Program-made: the position numbers and the translations under genes
Notes under the pieces: generated by a model
What the model was told of the DNA's origin: nothing
Database searches by the model: none
Seen by the model: the letters and a program-made list of their open reading frames with translations, nothing else
Shown here: in pieces, positions 1-8,887 of the stretch
Position numbering within the stretch: the stretch's first letter is position 1
Layout of the letters: every line of letters starts with the position of its first letter
Assembly: GCF_006345805.1 (NCBI RefSeq)
Contig: NW_021827499.1
Span: 1-28,255, forward strand
DNA: 28,255 nt
From: Octopus sinensis
Taxonomy: Eukaryota
Direction of reading: 5' to 3'

Positions 1-41
<41 letters not shown>
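1..41. repeat. (TA)n microsatellite, cut by the window edge
   Basis: Direct reading. Confidence 0.95.
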
Positions 42-44
<3 letters not shown>

Positions 45-236
45 TTAAATTTAAGGTGTTTTCCGTTAGGAACGTACTAGAATACAAAATAGTGTCATTC
101 AGCCTTAGAATTACCAATTAGCCAGTATTATACCATATACTTCCGAGTCTAGTTTTAGGCATTCATCGTGTGTGAAATTAAATTGAATAAAATAGAATCA
201 ACAAGAAGGAGTACGGTTAGACAGCTACTTAATAAA

Positions 237-339
237 CACTACACATGTTTCGATACAACATAGATCCACATATGTATAGGATTTAAAGTAAGCAACGGTT
301 TTATCTGCACAATGGGATCTAGTTGTATCTCCTCAGGTG
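237..339 (-). ncRNA. Type I hammerhead ribozyme with intact core
   Basis: Minus strand reads CAC (339-337), CUGAGGA (336-330), stem II GAUACAAC...GUUGUAUC (329-252, G10.1-C11.1 pair present), GAAA (251-248), CA-UG-UG-U stem III, A17 (240), GUG (239-237, pairs with CAC). All invariant core nucleotides are present and the cleavage triplet is GUA. Confidence 0.85.
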
Positions 340-360
340 ATATATAATTGCTGCCCCGTT

Positions 361-431
361 AGTAAACCTTTTAGCTTCGATGCTAACACATGTTCGTTGG
401 TTGTGTTAGCATCGAAGCCAAAAGGTCTACT
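361..431 (-). other. 30-bp inverted repeat with an 11-nt loop (pre-miRNA-sized hairpin)
   Basis: 361-390 vs the reverse complement of 402-431 match at 28/30. Both differences are G:U pairs on the minus strand. Confidence 0.9.
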
Positions 432-806
432 GAGTGGAAGAATGCATGTCTAACAGTATAATAATGAAAACTAGGAAGAAATTCTATGTATATTTCAAAC
501 GTCGTTTTGTTTATTTTCCTTTAAATCTCGCCTGTTGAAGAGTACAAATTCGACCTTTGTAATGTTCTTTTTACTGAAATCTTGGTCCTTTTTTAGGATT
601 ATGGAATAAAAGGATAATCCATTTTAACATCTAATCTACTTCATTTCATGTATGTGATGAAATTTATTGAATTTTGTTTAATAAATTAAGTTTTACATAC
701 ATTCATACCTATACGATTTTAAAATTCTTAAATAATGTATGATGAAAAGGCATCAGAAATCTATGGAAAAAAATTCCTATTAAAGGATGAAGATATATTT
801 ATCCGG

Positions 807-810
<4 letters not shown>

Positions 811-846
<36 letters not shown>
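811..846. repeat. (TA)n microsatellite
   Basis: Direct reading. Confidence 0.95.
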
Positions 847-852
<6 letters not shown>

Positions 853-1240
853 TCTTTTACTTATTTCAGTCATTTGACTGCGGTCAAGCTGGAGCAGCAC
901 CTTAGAGCGTTTTTGTCGAACAATTTTGACTTCACCACTTATTTTTTAGCCAAGTATTTATTCTAGCAGTCTCTTTGCCGAACCGCTAGATCACGGGGAC
1001 GTAAACAGATCATCACCGGTTGTCAAGCGATGATGAGGGACAAACACAGACACATATAGACATATACATATGCGATAGGCTTCTATCAGTTTCCGTCTAC
1101 CAAATCCACTCACAAGGCTTTTGTCGGCCCGATGCTATAGAACAAAAAACACTTGCCCAAGGTGTACGTAGTAGGACTGAACCCAGAGCCATATAGTCGA
1201 GAAACAAGCTTCTTACCAGCCACGCCGCGCCGCATATATG
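853..1240 (-). mobile_element. SINE-A copy (tRNA-derived head, internal TA/CA microsatellite, CAGTC-AAAT-GACTG stem-loop and GTAAAAGA-type tail), diverged
   Basis: Homologous to the younger copies at 2889, 5988, 13739, 16309, 17208 and 18257. It may correspond to one of the described octopus OK/OR1/OR2 SINE families, but I cannot assign it without a library. Confidence 0.85.
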
Positions 1241-1329
1241 CCTACATATTACGAGTATGTGTTTATATTTCTCTATAGATCTTCGTGAATTAATTTCATA
1301 CCTGGTAGCTGCCTGTTTATCCTTTTCTA

Positions 1330-1603
1330 ACACACGCACGCGCGCACACACACACACAACACACACACACATGCACACGCACGCACACACGCACGCGCAC
1401 ACACACACACACACACATACACACACACACATATACACACACACCATACACACACCATATACACACACACACGCACGCACGCACGCACACACACACACAC
1501 ACACACACACGCACGCACACACGCCCACCCACACACACACATACACACACACACATACACACACACATACACACACATATACACACACACACACGCACGC
1601 ACG

Positions 1604-1640
<37 letters not shown>
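1330..1640. repeat. Compound (CA)n/(CACG)n/(CATA)n microsatellite
   Basis: Direct reading; source of the Cys/Val and His/Thr pseudo-ORFs. Confidence 0.95.
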
Positions 1641-1642
<2 letters not shown>

Positions 1643-2020
1643 TTTCTGAAAACCTTACATGAAATGCAAAACGCGCAGTTTAAATCTGTAATGGAAATTG
1701 TATATACCGAATATTTCCAAAATGAAAGAGTTGAATTCATTTACACAGGAAATGAAATTCTCTGAAAGCTGTTGTTGGTGGCTAAATTTACTTCACGTGT
1801 TTTTATACAGGTACGGAAGTGTAATACATCGCTCGTTCTGTAAAGTCGCATCAATATTATTCTTTCTTTCTTTTTTCCTTCTTTCTTTCTTTCTTTCTTT
1901 CTTCATTTATTTATTTATCTATTTATCTTCATCGTTTATCATTTACTTGTTTCAATCATTCGACTGTGGCCATACTGGAGCACCACCTTCAAGTGTTTTT
2001 TATTAAGAAAAATCGACCCT

Positions 2021-2160
2021 ATTCGTCTTTCATCCTTTCGGGGATCGATAGATTAAGTAGCAGTTGCATACTGGGATCGATCTAATCGACTAGACCCCCC
2101 TCCCTCCCCAAAGATTTCGGGCCTTGTGCCTAGAGTAGAAAAGATTATTATTATCATTAT
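2021..2160 (+). mobile_element. SINE-B 3' half with (ATT)n tail
   Basis: ctttcatcctttcgggg.tcgata.attaagta.cag core followed by ccttgtgcctagagtagaaaagattattatt. Confidence 0.8.
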
Positions 2161-2270
2161 TTTGTTTGGTACTTATTCTATCGATCACCTTTGCCGTACT
2201 GCTAATGTTACGGTGGACGTAAGCAAACACCAGTTGTCAAGCGGTGGGGGAGGATAAGCACAAACACATA

Positions 2271-2665
2271 GGGAGGGGATGGAAGCACTCCGTCGGTTAC
2301 GACGATGAGGGTTCCGGTTGATCCGAATCAACGGAACAGCTTGCTCGTGAAATTAACGTGTAAGTGGCTGAGCACTCCACAGACACGTGTACCCTTAACG
2401 TAGTTCTCGGGGAGATTCAGCGTGACACAGAGAGTGACAAGGCCGGCCCATTGAAATAAAGGTACAACAGAAACAGGAAGTAAAGTGTAGATGAAAGTTG
2501 TGGTGAAAGAGTACAGCAGGGATCACCACCATCCTCTGCCGGAGCCTCGTGGAGCTTTAGGTGTTTTCGCTCAATAAACACTCACAACGCCCGGTCTGGG
2601 AATCGAAACCGCGATCCTATGACCGCGAGTCCGCTGCCCTAACCACTGGGCCATTGCGCCTCCAC
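2271..2665 (-). mobile_element. Full-length young SINE-C with a 12-bp target-site duplication
   Basis: tRNA-like head GGAGGCGCAATGGCCCAGTGGTTAGG...GGTTTCGATTCCC. TSD CACAAACACATA at 2259-2270 and 2666-2677. Confidence 0.9.
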
Positions 2666-2888
2666 CACAAACACATAAACTCACACACACACACATATAT
2701 ACAAGAGTTACGGAATGGAGTATGGTGTCGGGCTCTCACAGTTTCCGTCTACCAAAGTCACTCCCAAGGTCTTGGTTGTCCCGGGCTATAATAGAAGTCG
2801 CTTGCCCTAAATGTCGCGCATTGAGACTGAACCTGAAATAACCTGGTTGCACAGCGTACCTGTTCTACGCTGTCAAACCTGCACCTAT

Positions 2889-3093
2889 TTACTCTTACTC
2901 TCTTACTCTTTTACTTGTTTCAGTCATTTGACTGCGGCCATGCTGGAGCACCGCCTTTTAGTCGAGCAAATCGACCCCGGGACTTATTCTTTGTAAGCCC
3001 AGTACTTATTCTATCGGTCTCTTTTGCCGAACCGCTAAGTGACGGGGACGTAAACACACCAGCATCGGTTGTCAAGCAATGCTAGGGGGACAA

Positions 3094-3141
<48 letters not shown>

Positions 3142-3304
3142 ATATATACATATATACGACAGGCTTCTTTCAGTTTCCGTCTACCAAATCCACTCACAAG
3201 GCATTGGTAGCCCCGGGGCTATAGCAGAAGACACTTGCCCAAGATGCCACGCAGTGGGACTGAACCCGGAACCATGTGGTTACCACACAGCCACTCCTGC
3301 GCCT
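2889..3304 (-). mobile_element. SINE-A copy, young, with a small deletion in the head
   Basis: Near-identical to 5988-6395 and 16309-16709. Confidence 0.92.
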
Positions 3305-3384
3305 ATATGCTGAATATTTTAAAGAGGATTCCCCCAAAGTATGATGTGCGTTGACATAGCACAAAACCTTTTAACCCTTGAAAA

Positions 3385-3733
3385 TAGTGGTTTCAAATTT
3401 TGGCACTAGTGCTCAAATGGTGCTTATCTTATCAACCCTGAAAGGATGAAGGGCAAAATTGACTGCAGCTAAATTTGAACTCAGAACATAATTTACCCAA
3501 AAGAAATACTGCTAAGTATTTTGTCTGATGCTGCTTTAATCTTTGAAAATAATTCTTTTTACTATAGGTACTTTGACACCAGTGCTTGACTGATACTTAT
3601 TTTATCGACCCTGAAAGGGTGAAAGGCAAAGTTGACTTCAGCAGAATTTAAATTCAGAACGTACAGACGAACGAAATACCGCTAAGCATTTTTGTCCGTC
3701 GTGCTTAACGATTCTGCTAGCTCACCGCCTTAA
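3385..3733 (-). mobile_element. Two tandem diverged SINE-B copies (~3385-3535, ~3550-3733)
   Basis: tatc.accctgaaagg.tgaa.ggcaaa.ttgac...gaactcagaac blocks appear twice; the second copy ends in the gctagctcaccgcctt head. Confidence 0.8.
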
Positions 3734-4169
3734 TCCCCAGAAAATATCAACTATCAATTCCACTGAATATCTCCAGAGCAACATAAAATGCCTCGCGGAG
3801 CTTATGTACATTGGACCCTGAAATTTCAAAAATGCTAATGAGTTCGGTTGACATCGATGTCTATGGTCACAATTCTGATTTTCCTGGTGTGATATGCATG
3901 ATAGCCTGACGTAAGCGACAAAAAACTTCATGTTAACGACAATGCTGTTTAAATGCAGAAGAAATACGACTATCGATATCTGGTCGAATATGAACCATTT
4001 CAGTATAACCTCTACAGTTTTATAGGGATATGTTTTTGTTTTTTTCTGGGCATACGTGTCTCTCATAAGAATGAGAGACACTACCTGGTCACTCGACCTG
4101 CTAAAGATAGCAATCCAATTTCGCTCATATCATAAGTTTGTTGTATCAGAACTGACCTTGGTCTGAACG

Positions 4170-4310
4170 ATGATGATAATAATAATATTAATAATAATAA
4201 TAATAATAATCATAATAATAATAATGATGATGATGATGATGATGATGATAATAAGGCACGCAGAGCTGCGCTCGGTAGTGAAGTGAAAGCACGTTTATAA
4301 AATAAAACTA

Positions 4311-4343
<33 letters not shown>

Positions 4344-4365
4344 TATTATTATTATTATTATTATT
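4170..4365. repeat. (AAT)n/(GAT)n/(ATT)n microsatellite complex
   Basis: Direct reading; interrupted by a 64-bp LINE stub. Confidence 0.9.
4253..4316 (+). mobile_element. Extreme 5'-truncated 3' UTR stub of the R4/Dong-like LINE
   Basis: aaggcac.cagagctgcgctcggtagtgaagtgaaagcacgt...aaataaaactactgaat is nearly identical to 20829-20892. Confidence 0.88.
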
Positions 4366-5153
4366 GGTGTAATTGTTGATGACGATCTCAGTTGGAGTGC
4401 ACACATCAACAAGAAGGTCGATACACCTCGTAGGATGAGTTCGTGGATCTTAAGAACTTTCCGGTCCAGAGAACAAGGTGTTCATCATACCACTTTTTTC
4501 ATCCTTTGTACGGCTACACCTTGAATATTGCTGCCCACTGTGGTCTCCTCACACAAGACAAAACATCTCCAGAATTGAGTCACCCCAGAGGGCTCTCACT
4601 AAACAATTGAAGGCATGGCTGCTCTCGATTATTGGGATCGCCTTAAAGCCTTGAAACTTACTCCCTCCAGCGTCGCCGTGAGCGGTACATCATTTGTACG
4701 ATGTGGAAAATATACCGCCAACTTTGCCCAAACGACCTAAACATTAGCTTCAAGGTTCATCCGAGACTTGGACCACGGGCTATACGTCCCCTGCCAAATT
4801 CAAGATCACAACATACATGTACACTGCAACATAATTTCTTTTCCTCAACAGGCCCTGCCCTATTTAACATTGTCCAGGGAGATCAAAGAGGAAAAGGATC
4901 CCATCAACTTCAAACAGAGTCTGGATAGATTCCTTCAAAGAATACCAGATAAGCCACCCATAATTGGATACAACTCACCCAACAAGAACTCACTACTTGA
5001 ACAAAACTGGATACAACTCACCCAACAAGAACTCACTACTTGAACAAAACTTGACTTAAACAGGATTCGAATAATCCTATCAGGTGGTGCTATTAAGTTA
5101 GACATGGCCTGGACCAATCTCTGGTCGAAACATATCTAAGTTTTATCTAAGTT
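4366..5153 (+). mobile_element. CR1/L2-clade LINE 3' remnant (frameshifted ORF2 C-terminus plus 3' UTR)
   Basis: Translates across frameshifts as VDDDLSWSAHINKK...RLHLEYCCPLWSPH...IESPQRALTKQ...DYWDRLKALKL..LQRRRERYII..MWKI...FKQSLDRFLQRIPDKP, which is typical post-RT sequence of CR1/L2 ORF2. It ends in a tandem TATCTAAGTT repeat and (ATT)n. Confidence 0.85.
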
Positions 5154-5171
5154 TATTATTATTATTATTAA

Positions 5172-5549
5172 ACTATAGGTACAAGGCTTAGAATTTTGGG
5201 GAAGGAGCTTGTCAATTACATAGGCCTCCAGTGTTCAATTGGTACTTACTTATAAGAAGGAATTTGAACCGCGGTGGAATTTGAACCTCAAACGTAAAGA
5301 CGGACGAAATGCCACTAAGCAGTTTTGCCTGACATGCTTACGATTCTGCCAGCTCGTCGCCTTAAATAATATTTCTTTTGATGTTGGTTTCAAATTTCGA
5401 TTACATGAACCCCAGCACTCAACTGGTAACTTATTGCATCGACCTCGAAAGGATGAAAGTTAAAGTCGAACACGGCAGGATTTGAACTCAGAACATGTAA
5501 ATCGACAAAAATACCGCTAAGCATTTTGTCTAGCATGCCGACGATTCTC
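5172..5549 (-). mobile_element. Two diverged SINE-B copies (~5172-5363, ~5385-5549)
   Basis: Shared gaatttgaac/gacgaaat.cc.ctaagca/acgattctgccagctcg blocks. Confidence 0.8.
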
Positions 5550-5942
5550 TGTTGAGGCTACAGACATTTTACAGGAAGCAATTATAGTGATGCTAATCTA
5601 TTTTGGTACATCATTAATAACTATTTTATTGACTCCGCTCCGGTGAGATTTCGACTCTGATTTTTAAAGATCGAAACTAAATGGTATCAGATAAATATTT
5701 GCTTCTTGCTAACATATTTATTTATTTTTTTTTTTTTTGTTCAAACGTGTGCTACTGCAGACAGAGACAATATTCATTAGAGATATTGTGTGTATCCATT
5801 TATTTGAGTTGTTTGGTTTTTAGGTCAGTCTTGCTTGATCCATCAAATCTACGTGTGTCATCTTGTCTATTACGCAGACGTTGTGTGTACGTATGTGTGT
5901 GTGTACTCGCATGCATGATTGATGAATATATATATATCACGT

Positions 5943-5987
<45 letters not shown>

Positions 5988-5988
<1 letters not shown>

Positions 5989-6395
5989 TCTTTACTCTTT
6001 ACTCTTTTACTTGTTTCAGTCATTTCACTGCGGCCATGCTGGAGCACCGCCTTTAGTCGAGCAAATCGACCCCGGGACTTATTCTTTGTAAGCCCAGTAC
6101 TTATTCTGTCGGTCTCTTTTTGCCGAACCGCTAAGTGAGGGGGACATAAATACACCAGCATCGGTTGTCAAGCAATGCTAGGGGGACAAACACAGACACA
6201 CAAACATATATACATATATACATATATACGACGGGCTTCTTTCAGTTTCCGTCTACCAAATCCACTCACAAGGCATTGGTCGGCCCGGGGCTATAGCAGA
6301 AGACACTTGCCCAAGATGCCACGCAGTGGGACTGAACCCGGAACCATGTGGTTGGTTAGCAAGCTACTTACCACACAGCCACTCCTCCTGCGTCT
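5988..6395 (-). mobile_element. SINE-A copy, young
   Basis: Full head with A-box TGGCTGTGTGG and B-box GGTTCAGTCCC, body and tail. Confidence 0.93.
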
Positions 6396-6511
6396 CTATA
6401 TATATATATATATATATATATAAATTTTGTATGTAAAAAAATTTATAATATATATATATATATATAATGCGTAAGAAATTAAAATGACAAAGGAATAAAA
6501 AATTATGTCAT

Positions 6512-7019
6512 TACAGTGATCCCTCATTTATCGCGGTAGATTGGTTCCGAGACCGGCCCGATAACTGAATTTCCGCGAAGTAGGGACACCATATTTACAG
6601 TATTTACTTAACGTGTATTTGGACTTTTAAAACACCTCCCTGTACTGTTAACAACCCACCCATTACAGTAGTCTATTAATATCATGGGCAACTGTTAAGT
6701 AATAACACTTTAGATTAAAAAAATAAATAAAGATTGTTACTGTACTCAACACGAAAGAAGTTGAAGTAAAATTTGAATAATGATGGTCAAATTTGAATAA
6801 TGATGAAGTAAAATTTGAATGATGAATTTGCTGCGCAGTAGAAATGATGATTATGAAGCTGAGGGCGGTGCCCTTTTCTGGGACACCTCTTCCACTTCTT
6901 CCGAAGGTGCAACTGTAATAGTAGCAGCAAGAACTGGCTCTTTTTTGCGAAGTTGCAAAGACATTATGAAATAATATTTATTATTAATATTTTAATGGAT
7001 TTAATGAAACATTTTAGGT

Positions 7020-7062
<43 letters not shown>

Positions 7063-7122
7063 AAATCCGCGTAGTCGTGAATCCGCGATAGTTGAACCAC
7101 GAAGTAGCGAAGGATCATTGTA
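6512..7122 (-). mobile_element. Internally deleted Tigger/pogo-type DNA transposon
   Basis: TA-flanked imperfect TIRs: TACAGTGATCCCTC... at 6512 and ...GAAGGATCATTGTA ending at 7122. A short low-complexity C-terminal-like reading (MSLQLRKKEPV...SEEVEEVSQ) lies on the minus strand. Confidence 0.7.
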
Positions 7123-7373
7123 ACTTCGTTAGCTTACAGCTTCTGTTATAAGATGTAGTGCATTCATAGCCGAATGCTTGTGCATCACCCTGTAGCATCA
7201 TGAAGTACTACAATTTTATTTCGGAAAGCGTTCACATTTTGTGAACCCTTTCTCAAATAAAACTGCACTTCATTTTTGAAGCTCCAGTGAATCTATAGGG
7301 TGGTACACTAACTAGCACTCAAATATGAGTACATTGCATCTTATAGCAGGGGAAGCTGTTAACTAATGAAGAT
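7122..7373. other. ~250-bp imperfect palindrome (foldback element or MITE)
   Basis: Arms are complementary along their length around the centre GTTCACA-TTT-TGTGAAC (7230-7246). Confidence 0.85.
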
Positions 7374-7657
7374 CGTGATATGATTTTTTATTCCCATGTC
7401 ATTTTAATATCTTGTTACTGCTTTGTACCCTACTGACGCTTTGTTTATTGAGTTCTAAAACCTGATTATTAATATCGCTTTGCCTCAGCGAAAGCTTGTC
7501 TCTTAGAGACAGCAAGGATTATCAGGAGGGTTCTAAGCACTTGAAAGACTGCTGAAAACTTATGGAAACTTACGATTACAGGTAGTAACCGGCTACCCAC
7601 ATAAATCGTACCAGGAATAAGACCATACCTGAGCCAAACCAAAATAATAATAATTAT

Positions 7658-7820
7658 CCTTTTTACTAAAAGAACAAAACCTGAAATTTGGGGCTGGGGT
7701 TTACTACTCGATTACATCGGCCCAGTATTTCACTGGTACTTAATTTATCGACCTCGAAAGGATGAAAGGTAAAGTCGACCTCGGCAGAATTTGAACTGAG
7801 AACGTGCAAACGGAGGAAAA
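7658..7820 (-). mobile_element. SINE-B copy, 5' truncated
   Basis: tcgattacatcg.cccagt...tttatcgacctcgaaaggatgaaaggtaaagtcgacctcggcagaatttgaact. Confidence 0.85.
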
Positions 7821-7840
7821 TAATAATATTAATAATAATA

Positions 7841-7970
7841 CTGATTGGATGTGTTATCATGTACACTGTTTTGTCTTGGCATAAAAGATGGGCTACAGCA
7901 AATATTCTGCTCAAGACCACAAATTTGCTAGTTAGTTATTTGACCTTAACTAGTTGAGCATGTCCCTTAG
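7841..7970 (+). mobile_element. Family X (headless (TAA)n-associated repeat), 5' fragment
   Basis: ctgattgga.gtgttatcatg...taaaagatgggctaca.caaatattctgctcaa, shared with 10640-11148 (-) and 20904-21300 (+). Confidence 0.8.
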
Positions 7971-8029
7971 AGTCAAGGAGATCTATATAACGTCTTGGTT
8001 TGTAAAAATGTATACGGTAACGTCCTTTA

Positions 8030-8209
8030 TTATTGCCTCCTTGCCTTCTTTATCTTTGGCATCTGTTTAATTTCATCTTTATTTCTTCTCCATAACCTGA
8101 CATTGCTTTCGTCAACATCAAATTTTCTTTCGGCGGCCCTATTACCATGCTTTTCAGCATATGATATAACTTCAAGTTTAAACATAGCTGAATAAGATCT
8201 ACGAGGCAT
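8030..8209 (-). pseudogene. Truncated pogo transposase: 59-aa Brinker-type (BrkDBD) helix-turn-helix only
   Basis: ATG at 8209-8207 to TAA at 8032-8030: MPRRSYSAMFKLEVISYAEKHGNRAAERKFDVDESNVRLWRRNKDEIKQMPKIKKARRQ*. This matches the RRSY..FKL.V...AE..GNRAA.RKF.V....VR.WR pattern of POGK-like transposases. It falls just under the ORF track's 60-aa cutoff. Confidence 0.8.
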
Positions 8210-8817
8210 TTTATGGGCATGTAATGTATAAAATGTTTTATTGGAGATTAATGTACAGGTTTAAGTCCCAATTATAAAAAAAACACTAGTAAAGACCCAC
8301 AGTAGTTCAAACATTTAATACAGGTATTTAATTAAGTATCTATTGTTTGCCACGGTAATGATGCAAACTGCCAATACAAACAGCAGGATAAACTATTTAG
8401 CGCTAAACTATTAAGCACAATTCGTGCGTAATTAAGCCAGCAGCACCAAGTCGAACAAACACTTCCGCGCATGCGTACTACAATGATGGTGATGTTCTTA
8501 ACTGTTACATGGGAATGTAAATATGTTTGCAAATTATTATTGTTACATGTTATTCTGTGATCTGAATACTTTTATTTTAATAAATGTTGCTTACTGCAAG
8601 TTATGGATGATTCTTTTATGCCTTCTTTGCTTAAGGTATTTTCGCGCCCGACATCACTAAAATTCGTCTGAATAAAATCATTGCCGGACAGCAAATAGAG
8701 ACTCGGACATTGCTTAGAAAATTTTTTCATTTTTAACCTCGCATATAGTACGCACTAGGGATTTTGACCTTTAAATTTTAGGGGGAAAATGCGGATTATA
8801 CTCGAGGATTTACGGCA
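8030..8817 (-). mobile_element. 5' part of a pogo-family DNA transposon
   Basis: The terminus reads (minus strand) TGCCGTAAATCCTCGAGTATAATCCGCA, resembling a pogo/Tigger TIR, and is followed by a transposase N-terminus. Confidence 0.75.
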
Positions 8818-8840
8818 ATATATAGATTGATATTGTGTAT

Positions 8841-8887
<47 letters not shown>

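Larger units (their letters stand above)
42..810 (-). mobile_element. Non-coding hammerhead-bearing module between two (TA)n tracts; candidate Penelope-like pseudo-LTR or retrozyme-like element
   Basis: Contains the hammerhead (237-339) and the 30-bp hairpin (361-431), and is bounded by (TA)n on both sides. No RT or GIY-YIG ORF recognised. Element class is inferred from the known link between minimal type I hammerheads and Penelope-like elements/retrozymes. Confidence 0.45.
1938..2870 (-). mobile_element. Old SINE-A copy split into three pieces (~1938-2020, 2161-2270, 2666-2870) by younger SINEs
   Basis: The pieces continue collinearly through the SINE-A sequence across both insertions. Confidence 0.75.

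Noticed and set aside
1659-1685. Possible 27-nt microexon on the minus strand (tacag|...|gtaagg; FKLRVLHF)
   Set aside because: Splice-like dinucleotides are common in AT-rich DNA, there are no flanking exons and the peptide is unrecognisable. It would need RNA-seq.
1097-1740. Overlapping 107-179 aa ORFs rich in CV or HT
   Set aside because: Translations of the CA/CACG microsatellite; no domain content.
2590-2665. tRNA-like sequences at SINE heads (also ~13739, ~18257, ~20249, ~22700, ~27418)
   Set aside because: They have A/B boxes but no complete cloverleaf or acceptor stem, and run into SINE bodies. They are SINE heads, not tRNA genes.
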